A DNA stretch of 64,000 nt from Felis catus (taxonomy: Eukaryota), in assembly GCF_018350175.1 (NCBI RefSeq), contig NC_058368.1, forward strand, positions 72,170,001-72,234,000, given 5' to 3'. The notes under the pieces are model-generated. The model was not told the origin of the DNA. It made no database searches and saw nothing but the letters and a program-made list of their open reading frames with translations. Positions 28,290-42,998 of the stretch are shown in pieces. How positions within the stretch are numbered: position 1 is the stretch's first letter; each line of letters begins with the position of its first letter. Made by a program: the position numbers and the translations under genes.

Positions 28290-29177
28290 TTATTTCAAAA
28301 TGCCTCATACATTTGTTAGTGTGTAAATCTCAGCTGCTGTTATATAAAATGAAAAGCCCACAACAATCTAGAATGACATGTTATAAAAAAAATGGTTTTG
28401 AAAAACACCAACTAGAACACAGAAGACCAAAAACATCTAAAGCAATCAGTAAAACATGTTAAAATGTTAAATGTTTCTAAGTGGTATTATTTCTTTATTA
28501 TTCACTATCTGATATTATTTAAAAGTCATCATCATTTATTAAATTCTGTATACACAGAAAGTCTGCATTTTCTATACTTTATATTTTCTAAAGATAGTTT
28601 CTATAATGCATATGGCATATTGTAAAATGACTTGCATCTTACTAAGCATCATCAAACTAAAATAAAAAAGTGTAGATCTAATTTGTGTTTTGGGCCACAT
28701 AAACAAGCAAAGAAATATGGATTCTATATCAAGCATTATGTGTGTGTATATGCACACTTAAATTAATATATTAATATGATTTATGCCTAGAATATTAATT
28801 AAGAAAATTAACAATGCATATTACTGTATTAATAAATTAGTATAACCATTTAATCTATCACATTAATTCTATGAATTTGCTATTACTAATACCAATATTA
28901 TAAAAAGTACTCATAAACACAGCATGTTATTTTTCCTTTACTTGTCCAATGGGTAAAAAAAACTCATTTTATAAAAAAGTTTGCAACTGGAATGAAAGTG
29001 TGTAATATAAAATTAACTTATAATTAAAGAGCACAAGAGTGGGTGTTGGAATTAGTCAAACATACCCTCTGAGAAGATACCAGAATATTTACTGGAAAAT
29101 AGGAGTAGTGGAGAGCTCCCTTCTCTTATTCTTGGCCAACACAGAGTATCAGAAGGGATTTTTTTCTTACTCATATT

Positions 29178-29695
29178 ACATAATAAAGCCATATGTGAAA
29201 AACCTACAGCTAACATCATATCCAAAGTTTAAAAGTGGAAAGTCTTCCCCTAAGATCAGGAACAAAACAAGGATGTCCGCTCTCACCACTTTTATTCAAC
29301 ATAGTACTGGAAGTCCAAGCCACAGCAATAAGGCAAGAAAAAGAAATAAAAGGCATCTAAATTGGTAAGGAAGAAGTATAAGAACTAGAACAAACAACCT
29401 TAAAATTTTTATGGAACCCAAAAAATCCTGAATAGCCAAAGCAATCTTGAAAAATAAAAAAATAGGAGGCATCACAGTCCCAGATTATAAGATAGACTAC
29501 AAAGAGGTAGTAATCAAGATAGCATCATACTAGCACAAAAATAAACACATAGATCAACAGAACAGAATAGAGAGCCCAGAAATAAACCCATGATTACATG
29601 GTCAACTAATCTATGACAAAAGAGGCAAGAATATGCAGTGGGAAAAATACAGTCTCTGTTCAACAGTCTCAATTGTGTCAGAAAGTTGGACAGCT
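29178..29695 (+). mobile_element. L1 ORF2 RT-region fragment with an internal deletion, inverted relative to the adjacent L1
   Basis: Aligns by eye to about 51745-51940 and 52370-52682 of the young L1 in this window. Confidence 0.88.
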
Positions 29696-30477
29696 TCCAT
29701 GTTGGATACATAAATATCTACGATTGTTATATCTTCTTGTTGGATTATTCCCTTTATGATTCTATAGTGTCCTTCTTTGTCTCTTGTTATAGTCTTTGTT
29801 TTAAAGTCTATTTTGTCTGATATAAGTACTGCTACCCTAGCTTTCTTTTCACTTCTATTTTCATGATAAATGCTTTTCCATCCCTTTACTTTCAGCGTCC
29901 ATACGTCTTTAAGTCTGAAATGAGTCTCTTATAGGCAACATACAGATGGGTCTTGCTTTTTTATCCATTCTGTCACCCTGTGTCTTTTGATTGGAACATT
30001 TAGTCTATTTACATTCAAAGTAATTATTGATAGGTATGTACTTACTGCCATTTTGTGACTTGTCTTATGGTTGTTTTTGTAGTTATTCTCTGTTCCTTTC
30101 TTCTCTTGCTATCTTCTCTCAGTTTGCTGGCTTTCTTTAGTGACATATGTGGACTCCCTTCTCTTTATTTTTTACATAGCTATTACTGGTTTTTGGTTTT
30201 TGGTTATCATTATGTTTGTATCTAAAATCTTATGCACATAGCAGTCTATATTAAGTTGATGGTTGCTTAAGTTTGAACCCATTCTTTACTCTGCTCCTTT
30301 ACACATTTTTATGTGTATGGTGTTATACTTTACATCCTTTTATTTTATGAATCCCTTGACCAATTTGTATAGATATACTTAATTTTACTGCTTTTGTTCT
30401 CCCTAATTTTTTTAAAAAGTTTTTAACATTTATTTATTTTTGAGAGACAGAGAGAGGCAGATCATGAGCAGGGGAAG

Positions 30478-30523
<46 letters not shown>

Positions 30524-32875
30524 CTGAAGCAGGCTCCAAGCTATGAGCTGTTTTGTTAACACAGAGCCTGACATGGGGCTTGAACTCATGAACTGCGAGA
30601 GCATGACCTGAGCTGAAGTCGGACCTCAACGACTGAGCCACCCACCCAGGCACCCCTGTTCTCCCTACTTTTATTACTACTACTTAGGGTCTTATTTTTC
30701 ACTCAAAGAATCCTTTTTAACACATCTTGTAGAGCTGGTTTAGTGATCATTAATTCCTTTAATTTTTGTTTGTTTAGGAAACTCTATCTTTCCTTCTACT
30801 CTGAATGATAGGTTTATTGGACATAGTATTCTTGGCTACAGGTTTTTTCTTTCAGCACTTTAAATCTATTAGGACACTCCCTTCTGGCTGAAAAGTTTCT
30901 GCTGAAAAATCATCTGATATCCTTATGTGGTTTCCCTTGTATGTAATGGTTTTCTTTCACTGATTTTACAGAGTTCTTTATTTGTCACTACTTTTTTGCC
31001 ATTTTAATTATTATGTGTCTTAATGTGGACCTCCTTGGTTGATTTTGTTTAGGGCTCTCTACCTCCTGGATCTGTATTTCTGTTTCCTCCTCCAAATTTT
31101 CAGCTATTTTTTTCTTCAAGTAAATTTTCTGCCCCCCTTTCTCTCTCTTCTTCTTGGATCTTTATAATGCAAATGTTATTATGTTTGAGGGTGTCATTGA
31201 GTTCCCTAAGTCTATTTTAATTTATTATTATTTTTTCTCTCTCCTGTTCAGCTTGATTGCTTTACACTCCTATCTTTCAGGTCGCTGATCCATTCTTCTG
31301 CTTCCTCTAGTCTACTTATTCCATTTAGTGTATTTTTAACTTTATTTATTGAGTTTGTTATCTCTAATTGGTTCTTTTTATGTTTTCTTTCTCTTTGTTA
31401 GGGACCTCTTCACTGAAGTCTTCCATGCTTTTCTCAATTCTAGTGAGTATCTTTATGACTATAAATTCTTTATTAGGCATATTACTTATCTCCATTTCAT
31501 TTAACTCTCTTGCTGTAATTTTGTCCTGTTCTTTCATTTGGAACATATTCCTCTGAATCCTCATTTTGTCTAACTCTCTGGGTCTGCTTCTATGTGTTAG
31601 GAAAGTCAGCTACATCTCTCTTGGAAGTAGTGGCCTCATGAAGAGTTCCTGTAGTGCTCTGCTGTGCAATGTCCCCTGCTCACCAGAACTTGGTGCTTCA
31701 AGGGTATCTCCTATTATGTTGTGTGTGCCCTAGTGTTATGGCTGAGTCTTTTTTGCCTTCAGTCTAGTCATCTCCAATTGCTCTTTTTGCCTGTTTTGGG
31801 CAGGGTTGGGTCCCTATGTTGTTAGTGGGCTGGGCTGGGGCCGCCTTGGACTTGAGTTGAGTCAGACCAGGTTTTGCCAGAAATGCAGTAGCACCAAACT
31901 GTAGGGTGCTTCCCCTGTCTTGTCCCCCGTAAAGTTTTCATTGATGGGTAGGACCAGCAGTCAGAGAAGATGTCTGCCCCTAACCCAGTGCTGGTGCCAC
32001 AGTCAGACTGGTGTGTGTAGTTATCTTCCCCTCTCCCCAGGGTAGGGTCACCTTGGGGTGGTGCTGGCCCCTGTTGGGGCTGTGTACATACTGCCAGGCT
32101 TGTGGCACTGCTTTGGTTGGGCTCCAGTCAAGAGTGTATTGAAGGGGGCAGGTCTACAAAAGAAGCATGGGTGGGGCACACTGTTAACAAATTAGGTAGA
32201 GAGTGTTGTCCCACAGGTATACAAATGCCTAAGCTAGGGGGTGGGGGAAGGAATTGGTGTCTGCCAGCTCTTTTGTTCTTGAAGTCTCCTAAAGACCCCT
32301 GCCCCTCTAGCACATGGTCTGAGATTAGTAAACAAATGTCCCTTCCATAAATCCCAGATGTTTTTCAAACTGCTGCTTCTATGCTGTATCTCCCTGGGGC
32401 TGTTTGTTATGTTGTCCTTTTAAGGGTAGGGAGTCATTTTCCTATTGCCTTCCAGGCCCTCCCAGAGTGGGGCCTATTGACTTTTAAAGTTTCAATCCTT
32501 ACACCCTACTGATTGTAAGAATTACTGAAATTAGGCCCCTCCAGTTCCCAAAGTCAAATTACAAAGATTCCTCTTCCTATGCAGGCTTCCTGTACCTGGG
32601 ATGCCTGGTGTGAGGGTCTGTTACTCTTTGCTTTCCATGCCCAGGCATCCCTCCCTCCCATGGACAGTTCTCAAGGTCATTTAGCTCTTTACCATGTCTC
32701 TACCCTTCCTACTCTCTTCAATATGGCCTCTTTTTTACATTTAGTTGTGGGGACTCTGTTCTGCCAGTCCTCAGGTTGTTTTCTGGATTATTTACACTGA
32801 TGTGTGTGTTATCTAGTTGTATCTGTGGGATCAGGTGAGCCTAGGGTCCTCCTACTGTGCCATCTTACCCAGAAA
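29696..32875 (-). mobile_element. Older carnivore L1, 5' part only (5'UTR, decayed ORF1, spacer, first ~350 bp of ORF2)
   Basis: 5' end reads gggtaagatggcacagtaggaggaccctagg on the minus strand. ORF1 remnant MRIQRNMFQMKEQDK starts at 31564. ORF2 start ATG at 30051 gives MAVSTYLSIITLNVN. Confidence 0.88.
30411..30656 (-). mobile_element. CAN-SINE nested in the old L1, with a (GA)n tract
   Basis: TSD tgttctcccta(a/c)tttt. Confidence 0.93.
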
Positions 32876-32899
32876 TATTCAGTGTTTACTTAATTCAAC

Positions 32900-35800
32900 A
32901 TTTTCCTTACTGATTTATTGAAGGGTGGTACTTCCTTGATAAGGAATCATCAGGAAAAATGGTTAAGCCTTTGCTACTTCTAAAACAAGACTGCACTAAC
33001 TATCCTTATGCAATACCAGTATTTTATTGGGCTTTTATGTCTATGAATAGATTCTCAAAGCTGGCATTGCTGGGGCAAAGGACAGGTTTGCATATTTGAT
33101 ATTTTAGAAAATATTAAGGGATTATTTTTAAAATGCTATAGTAAGTCTTTTGCCTTCCAGCAAGGTAGGAAAGGGTTTCTTGTCCTAAATCTGAAGAATC
33201 ACCAGATGTAATCAAACTTAATCAAACCTTTGCTTATCTGTTCATATATGTATTGATCACTTGGATTTTTCTTTTTAAAACAATTTTCCTGTTCATAACC
33301 TTGCCAATTTTCTATGGTGTTGTTTTGTCTTTCTTATCAGTTTTTGGAGTTGCCGATATTAAGGACATTAATCTTTGCCCACTATATGAACTGCAAATAT
33401 TTTTTCTCTAGTCATTAGTTTGATTTTTAACTTTGGTGGCATTAGTTCTACAAGCACTTTAGATTGTATATGGTCACATATATCTATCTTTATCTTTTTA
33501 AATTTTTTCTTTACCTTTTAAAACAAAAATGGACTTCAGAAGGATTACTATCGAGGCTTCATATCCAAGAACACACTGTTTTCTATTCATTTGGACTGTG
33601 TTCTTTGATAAATCTGTTCTTAATTTCCCCCACAAAGATGTTATTGTTTGCTTGTGAAATTTATTTCTATGAATTTAATATTCCAATAACTAATTCAAAT
33701 GTGTTTTTTTTACCTTTTTTACTTTTTATTTTTTTTTTTTTTTACCATTTCCACCTAGTTGTTCCAGTGGAGAAAAAAGATACTGATTTATCTATATTGA
33801 TTTTCTATACCTGCCATAGTAGATTCTTCTATTAATTCTAATATTTTAAATGTTATCTCCTGGATTTTACAAAAATATGTACGTTTTATCTGCAAATGAA
33901 GATAAGATTTGTTTTTCAAGACTTATTTTGGAGTTTGCATTAATTCATTAGCTATAATGGTACAGCTGTACAGTTATACACTACCCAATGAAGTGGCAAA
34001 AAGAATCTATAATGTGCTCCTATTTTCAAAGAAAGTTTTCCAGCATTCATATATAATGGTTGCAGTGGGTTTTGGTAATTAATTGCTACCATGTTTAAGG
34101 ACTTCCATTCACTTCCTGTTCTACTTACAGGATTTTAGCTTTTAATTCATTGAGGCAATGGGATAGATCACACAAGTCCTTGATGTTGACCATTTATGTA
34201 TTCCTGGAATAAATCTTAGATGGTAATGCTAACCTGCTGGACTTTATTGAATAACACTTTATTTATAATATTTGTAGCTATTGTTATATATGAAATTCGT
34301 CTATAATTTTACCTGCCTTACCGTTATCAGGATTTGGTTAAGCTTATGGTAGCTTTATCAGACTTACTGTGGAGTTTTCCATCTTTTGCATGATTGATAA
34401 TTTCTTAAATAAAATAAGAATGATCTCATCTTTGAAAGTAGGTACAACCCATGGGAACTCCAACTCCATGTGAGGGCGGGCTTGTGCTGACTCATTTACA
34501 GTGAAGCTTATTCTTTTTTCTATCCATCTGGAGTCAATGTCAAGATTGAAGTTTTCCTCATCACATCCTTCTGAGGATGGACTTTATCCTTTTTTCATTG
34601 AAGCACAGACTCCATGTGTCCTATGTTATGTGGGGGTCTCTGTTCTGGCACCTCATGTTCACAGCCTCTTCTTCTACACTGGTTATAGCTCTTAAAATGG
34701 CAAGTTTTAGGTGACAAGGATATGCAAATGCCTAGAGGGTAGCCACTGGCATTAGTGTCCATCTCATGTTCCACACTCAAATCACACATAAGTTTTTGGC
34801 CTTGAGAATATTCCTTAATCTTTTGCATGTTCTGCTAAGCATTTACAATGTTTTAATATTTTAGATGTCACTTTTACTTGTTTCATAGAGACATGATTCT
34901 CAGCCACCTTTTAGGGCCACCTTGTATGTGTTTCCTATTATCAATATACTATCTGAGTTTGTGTTTAAGCTTTATTGGATTTTCTATGTCTTTTGATAAG
35001 AAAATTCAACCTGTAAACATTTAATGTATCAAAATTAAACTTGGTCTTCTTCCAGTTTTTTTGTAAGTCATTGCTATTTCATCTTTTAACTTTTTCTTGT
35101 CTTTTCTGACCTGGTCAAACTGTTGCTGATTTCTTTCTCCCCATTGTTAATTTGGACATTCTACACTGCTTTTCTAATCCCACGGTTCAATTCCCAACTG
35201 TCAGAAATCAATCTATCTTTTTTATTATCGCATTAATATGAAATAATTATAAGCTCCTCTCTCCCCCACATAAATCTGCTTGCTCACCCATCCCTCACAC
35301 CCCCACCCATCCACAAATTTCATAGCATGCTTCTATCACCCCACGCTCCATGGGTGTCATGCCCCTTCCTAAATCCTGCTTTTGCTGAGATTGTTTACAC
35401 ATTTACTTTTAGTTTCTTGAACCATAATTATTTCTTTTTTTCCCTCAAAATTCTTATTTGTTATCTTTTTAAAAATCATCTTTCATTTGGATCTAATACC
35501 TACCTCTTTTCTTTCCTTGTCAGCTTCTCTGATCTACCTTTCCTTTTCTATTTCTCTGACACACTTGGGATTAGCATACTTGGGAGTAGTTTGCTCAGAT
35601 AAATATCACAGGTTGCATACTCTCTTAAACCTTCTCTATCCAAAATACGTTTTTAACACGGCAAGGCAATTCTGGCTGCATACAGATTCTTTCCTCTTAA
35701 CGGTCTATACAAATATTGTTTCACTGCCTTCTATGTTCCAATATTATAGATGAATCATCTGATGCAGTATATTTATCTTGTTTTCACATGTTATTTAAAC

Positions 35801-36700
35801 TTGTTCAGAGGCTTAAAAAATTTTTTTTAATGTTTGCAACCAAGGAAGGTCACCAGCGTATGTCTAGGAATGTTATCTTTTTTTTTTTTTTCATTTCATC
35901 ACCCTGAGATTTTGTGACTCTTTTTGGTCTACTGATTTATGCTTTTCCTCAATTGAGGAACATTTTTCTATGTCATTTATTATTGCTTTTCTTCTATCCA
36001 TTCTCTTTTTCCTCCAGGGGCTAATATATTAGTCACATTGAAGTGTCTAGTCTCTTTTGCTTTTTCCCCCTCATGATTTTTGCCATTTCCTTGATTGCTC
36101 TCCCCCCACTTGATCTCCTGTATAAATCATTCTTTTTTGGGGCACCTGGGTGGCTCAGTTGGTTGAGCATCAGACTCTGGCTCAGGTTATGATCTCACGG
36201 TTCATGGGTTCAAGCCCCATGTCAGGCTCTGTGCTGAAAGGTCAGAGCCTGGAGCCTGCTTTGGATTCTGTGTCTCCCTCTCTCTCTGCCCACCTCCTGC
36301 TCACATTCTGTCTCTCTCTCAAAAATAAATAAACATTTAAAAAATTAAAAAAATAATTCTTTCTCAACATCAGCCATGCCCTTTTTCAGTTCATTTTTTG
36401 AAAATTTTAGCCAAAGTGTCAGAAAATTTGTTTTGTGCCTCAATTGTCAGTGCTTGAGACATTTAAAAAAGAAAACAAAACAAAACCCTGCTATGTCTTC
36501 CATCAATTGTACTTGATTGGGAGACTCTTGTACTGATTCATCTTGGATTTCTGAGTTTCATCTTCAGTTTCTGGGTCCCTTTTATGAGAATAATTTTTCT
36601 TTGCTTGTTCATGACTACATGTTTGCTTTTTGTTTGGCCTTTATGCTTTCCTGAGCAATGATAAATGAGGAATAGTAGGGGGCACTGCGGTTTTTGTGGT
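32900..36700 (-). mobile_element. Highly degraded ancient L1M region (fragments)
   Basis: T-rich, with reversed L1 ORF2-like strings (tactgattt..tattgattttctatacctg, atctgcaaatgaagataa); boundaries uncertain. Confidence 0.5.
36139..36352 (+). mobile_element. CAN-SINE
   Basis: Typical head, body and tail. Confidence 0.93.
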
Positions 36701-38490
36701 AAGTGACTTAAAAACCCATGGCCCCTCTGATGGGCATTCAAAGAGGGAGCTGCCCCATGTCAGGACTCTCATGGGCTGGTGGAATCCATTTCAAACCCCC
36801 TCTATCTGGAAGTAATACAACTTCTAGCAAGGCTCCTTTTCTGGCTCATCAAAGTCAGTGGCATTCTTCTGGCTCTCTCTGGACTACAAGTGACTACAGT
36901 GGGCAGGTATAACTTCTTCACAGGGTCAGGCCCACGCAACAGAGGACCCAAATCTCTGAAATAAGTCCTAATAAATGGACGAGTCTTTTCCAGCCCAGGC
37001 TTGTAACAATATGAAAAAGTCCTCCAGACACTCGGGGGATCCCTGGAGAAACTGAAACACAACCATGTGTGTCCTAAAGGTCCAACGTGCAGCCTGACCT
37101 GGCTGTCGTATTAGCAGAGTGAGCAGTGACAGGCACCCACACATCCATCTCTAAGCTTCACCTGCATTTTCAGAGTTTCATTCCAAAGGAAAGAATGAAA
37201 TCCATATCAAAGTGTTTTTTTTTAAAAGTAGGCAACTAGTAATAAATACCTGAAATATGTCCAAATAGATAATCAAATTATATATAAACACAATTAATCA
37301 CTTTAGTAACTTTGCATTTGCTATCAAAAAGACAGATGGTATGATCTCTTTAAAAGATCATAATTCATAATTAAATATGCACCTGGATCCATTTGGATTA
37401 TTATTTGCTTAGTGGGGAAACTTATATGCTTTTCAAACCTACTAAGAGACACTAGAAAAAGATTTAGCAAATTTTTATGTGATTATATGTAAGTACTATA
37501 TTCCCACTAATTTTCCTACTAGAGTTCCTGATTTCAATACTCACGGGATCAATACCTCATTTTTAACATAATTTGTTAATTATTAAAATCTAACATTCTA
37601 GTTCTGAAAAACAGTAATCCCAAAGTGGTAAGTTTTTGTGAAAAATTTGATAAATGAAAATATATGTAACTTGTAACTATGGGTTATTCTGATATAGGGA
37701 AGAACTACATCAGGAACTAAAAGAAGGGTTTAGAAAAATTAAATTAGCTTACATGCTCATTGGCTATTTTAGTGTAAGCTAGAGGGTTTAGTGCCAAGAT
37801 TTCACTTCAGAGGAATGTTAACAGTTTAGTAGTATCAGAGGCAGAGGAAAGCTACAGCCACCCTTCTCAGTGGATGGCACAAGCTTGTGTTGGTGAACTG
37901 AGCCTTGACAATAGCCGGACAGGGGAGGAACTTGCCAGGGTCATGCTGTTGGCCATACAAAAGGGCTTTCTGCAGAACCCAACTACTTGGAAGAACTGCC
38001 CATAAGAATCATCTAGAAATGCAGCCAGTCTCGGACTTTCTATAAATCCCAGGCAGTCAGCACTGCAACCCATGGAAGGGTGGGCCCCCACTTGCCATTC
38101 CTGGCCGGGGGGTGCACTCACTGTTGCTGTGGCGCCTCGCTCTGCAGCCCCCACATGGACAGGGCACCCTGGGACCCTTCCTCTGGCTCTCATCTTTGCA
38201 GTACATTACACAATGTGTGAGTGCTTACAAGTTGAAACTCACCTTCTTTTTTAAGAGGGAAGGTAAGACTTGTTAAGAGTGCGATAAACTCTCCATAAAC
38301 ATTCTTGTCAAATTACTTGAAACAACTTGGAAATAATGCATGAAGAAAACAAAATATTTCTTTCTCCTTATAAATTTTTTATATCAGTGTTTTTCAATCT
38401 TTTTTTCTAATCATCCCCTCCTCCCCAACCAGGAGTCATTTTAGATATTTTCTTCCCAATCACCACGCCATATGGAATTTTAATATCAAA

Positions 38491-38521
<31 letters not shown>

Positions 38522-40844
38522 GCATATATATATATACATATATACACATGTCATGTACCTATCTCTGCTCTATAAATAGAAAATTAAGAATTTTGGGCCT
38601 CTCTAAGAACCAATTTTTACCTCTTAAGAGGTGTTTTCACCCCTGTTGAAAATGCATACTCTATAGATATATCTGGTTTGATGTCACCATGGCAGAGTCT
38701 AACTAACATTTTCAGGAATGCAGGTTATATGAGTTCTTTAAGCATCACATTCCATCACTTCTCCAAATTTGCATTTTGTAATAATACTTATGGAATTTAA
38801 TATGTACTGTAACAAACCCTCTTGTCCTCATGAATATTACCAATAATGGAGTTCAGATTTAAAAATTAAAAGAGTTGTTTTAAGAAACAGTATTACATTT
38901 GTTTCCAGGAAATATTTTTTTCGGGTGAAAAGTAGGAGAAATTAATTTAAAATGCTTGTTTTCTAAAAGAAGTTGTAATTGGATTTGTGAGACTAGCAGG
39001 TAAAACAGGAAGATGACTGCCAAATTTCTGAAGCTAAGGAGAAAAATAACCACGTGGAAAATGACATGCATAATATAAATGCAACAATAGAAATCGTTTT
39101 GCCCTTTTAATTCGATGAATAATGTATGACCATTTATAGGTGACAAATTATAAATGAGCTGATGGTACCGTACAGGTCTGAGAAGATAAAATGGTAGAGA
39201 TACCACCCACATATAGGAAAGATATTTGAAATATATCATCCAAGATTTCTGTTGTGGTCTCTATTTCATACTTTCAAAGAAACATAACGGATATTATGAG
39301 AAAATGAAGGCAAATTTGTCACAAAAGAAGATTATAGGACAAAAATCATGAGAAATTCAATTCAGGTAACCTATTCTCCTAAATGAAATACAGATTAAAT
39401 AACACCAAAATAAAGGATTATTTGCATCATTCTACAGGTGTCTGTAAATCACCTGCTCTTAGTCTACAGTGTTCTTTCAGTATTCTACATAATTAAAGAG
39501 CAAACTTTTGAAAAGTCACTGAATAGTAGAAAATGTCATTATTATATGATTTTTCACCTAAAAGGGTACTTACTGTCCATGTCCATTGGAAAAAAAGGAC
39601 CACAAAAGTTATTGCCAGCAGAAAGTTATTTAATGAAGTTTTCCAAAAAGGAAATTAAACTTCATGATAATCTGAAATCATAACTGCTGTTATGGCAATG
39701 AGTTACTTTCTTAATTTGGTCATTTCTTGTGATTAATGAGCTGAAATGTGAGTGTCAGATTTTGTTGGAACTAAAACAAATGGCTCTTTCATTTAATGTC
39801 ATTTTAACAAATATCATAAAGCCAGATGTCCTCAGAGGGACACAGAATTACTTTTCTAGAAAGTGTGAGTCCACACTTTACAAAAGCCTTTCTGCTTCAA
39901 GCACACGGCTGTCATAGGAAAACAGAAAACCGAAGAGATATCCCGGAGTTCTAAACAAGGCAAACGTCTCTCCTGAACAGAAATGCAACAGAGACTTCAC
40001 TGCTCACTTCATTGTGCTTGCTCGCCCATCAGTTGGTGACTTTCTTAAGAGAGGAATTTTGTTAAAATTGTTAATCTTCTATGCATAACATTGTGCTGAT
40101 AAATTTCTGTTAATGGTACAGCCTAATGGATACGCAGATATGTTTATGTATTTTTACATAACGAGGAAAGTATTGTTCAAGTTTTGTTACTTGATGAGAA
40201 TATCCAATTTAAAATATAATTACGTTCATTATAAAAATGTGATTTTACGTATAATATGTATTGTGTTTGGTCAGAATTAAAAATGAAAACTCTTACAGAA
40301 GAGAGTAAATTTACCTTTTTAGGTTTATACATAGCCTAACAAAGAAAGAGACTTTTTTCCTATTTCTTAACTAATTTTAAATTTAGGCTAACTGGTCCAA
40401 AGTAGCAAAACTGGTATCCAGCTATAGAATGGAAGCTGAGGAGCTTAATGTATGCTTAAAAGATATTTTGTAGACTGCAAGTTGACTTTCATGGGTACAA
40501 TGGTTCATTTTGGATTTTGGAAATTATCCTGGATTATATGGGAACTTGGGAAATTATTTCTCTGAAAGCTCAGGGCCTTTTCTGATCTATTTTAAAAACA
40601 AACTTTCCAACACATTACATAACGCTATTGCCTTAAATACTGGATCACTGTAAGTCCATAAACTTGAATTTCTGTTATTATAGCTATTTTAAGAATCAAA
40701 TGGGATAATAAATTCCTTTAAAACAGCAACATAATAGAATCTCCCTGAAAATAGCAGCTATTATTGTTGTTAGTATATTTAAATTTAACACATAAAGATG
40801 TCAGTTGACATACTGTCTGTTTCTATAGCTTAAATGAAGAGTGA

Positions 40845-41030
40845 GCCCACTGATTATTTTTGTAAATACAATTTTGTTTTGTTTTGTTTTTCTCAGAACA
40901 CTACCATTCTGAGCCCACACTCACTTTTGTACAATAATGGTAGAGTTGAGTAGTTGAGACAATGTGTGGCCTGAAAAGCCTACAGTGGTTACTATCTGGC
41001 TCTTCAAGAAAAAGTTTGCTGACCCGGACT
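40845..41030. mobile_element. hAT-Charlie MITE (MER58A-like)
   Basis: Strings gagttgagtagttgagac and tactatctggctctt..gaaaaagtttgctgaccc. Confidence 0.7.
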
Positions 41031-42785
41031 TAAAGCTCCAACTGTCCTTGTAAACTTTTTAAAAAGAGAGTATTTTATTAAAAAAGAAAGTAATTTTGAT
41101 TAAAATAACTTATGAACACTCATTTGAAACAAATGACTTTGATTCATGTAGAGGTTTCTGATATAAGAAGAGATACTACAATTTGAATAAAGGCCAAACA
41201 TGCTTTGGGGAAGTTCAGATACCCAAAATCAGTCAGTAGAAGTGGAACAAATTCTGAATGCTTCAAGTTCAAGAATAAAGCAATGCCCACATGGTTTTAA
41301 AGTGAACTAAGTCACCACTACCTAGTTTACCAAAATCAAATTTATTTTCAGTGGTTTGGGAAGGGGGCAACAATTTGTAGACACGTAACAAACAGATTCT
41401 GCTGTAGAATCCTATCCGGCTGGGTTTTTTATTAAAAAAAATTTTTTAATACTATATACAAAAAGCAAATGACAAGGATTTACCAACTAGACCTGGGCTC
41501 TCCCAATGCACTTCAATAGTATCAGTGAACTCTATATTAAATTATTTGAAATTTTGTTGGCATTTCATTATCATAAATTAGCTAACACACATAAATACAT
41601 TAGGGAAGAGATCAAATTTATATGTGGAAAAATTAGGTAAAATTTACCAGAGGATTCTGTTCTATTCCTATGTTCCCAGTGGATGGCCTAGGTGTTTATC
41701 CTACGGGGCTGATTTAGTGACCAAGTTCCAACCCTGGGCTACACAAGAAATGTTAATGTAATCTCCAATATCCAGGACTTCTTCACCAGCAGATACAACT
41801 CACTCCAGAATGATTAGCATAGTCCCAATCACCAGTAGCCATTTCTGTTCGGATTCCCAGGCGTTTTGTCATCAGCCTTTTAACCTCTGGTTCTAAGACT
41901 ATTGTGTAGTTCTTCCACCTCATCTATCTTCCTACCTCTCTCCAGCCAGAGCCTTTAATTAACCTTTGGGTCTCATTCTATGTTAAGCAATTTCTTCTAC
42001 ATTCTCTTATCCCCTTTCACTGAATTCACTGAATCTGCTTCCTATGTCCTTGCCTCAGCTGGTTCTGTTACAAATGTATGGTTTTCTCCACAGCCCTTTC
42101 CAGAAGAGGACGCTCATGCTCCAATATCCCATACAGCCCACGTAGGATAGCATATGGATGACAAAGAGATGCCCAATCCATTACCCTTCAACATTCCTTT
42201 GAGGTGTATTCCAACAGGTTAAGATGTCCTCTCACCTGACTCTCCCTGTGGCTGCTGTCCATTAATTTCTCCATCAGTCCCTTCTACATGCCCTGCCTAC
42301 ACTCCTTCCCCAAGAACTGGCCTCACACTGAATGACTTCAATGTCATTGTGAAGATTCAGCCGACACCTTAGTTTGAGAGCTCCCTGCCATCTTGCCTTA
42401 ACTTCATCATTATGTTTGAGCCACTCATATCCATATAACACTCCATATTTTGTATTTAGTTTTCCAGGATTATTCTGAAATCCTGAATCTTGGATCCCAC
42501 TCTATGATCACAACCATACCTTCGGGCTCTCTCAGTTCCACCAGCCTGAAAAAATTCCAAAGCTGGCTCAGGCTGAGTGTTGCCTTTCTCCCCTTTATGC
42601 AAGACCTTAAAAAGGGAAACATCTGTCTATATTGGCATCATTATGAATTTGTAGCCTCAAAATTCAGCTGGGTCTTCAGCACTGCAATTGATGTATCTTT
42701 AATTTACTTTTCTTCTTTTTTTTTTTTTTTGCATTCTCCACAGTATCCATTTCCTCTTTCTTTCCTCCATGACCTTCCCATTTTA

Positions 42786-42998
42786 TTTTTTTTTTCAACG
42801 TTTATTTATTTTTGGGACAGAGAGAGACAGAGCATGAACGGGGGAGGGGCAGAGAGAGAGGGAGACACAGAATCAGAAACAGGCTCCAGGCTCTGAGCCA
42901 TCAGCCCAGAGCCCGACGCGGGGCTCGAACTCACCGACCGCGAGATCGTGACCTGGCTGAAGTCGGACACTTAACCGACTGTGCCACCCAGGCGCCCC
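42786..42998 (-). mobile_element. CAN-SINE (young subfamily)
   Basis: TSD ccttcccatttta. Confidence 0.95.
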
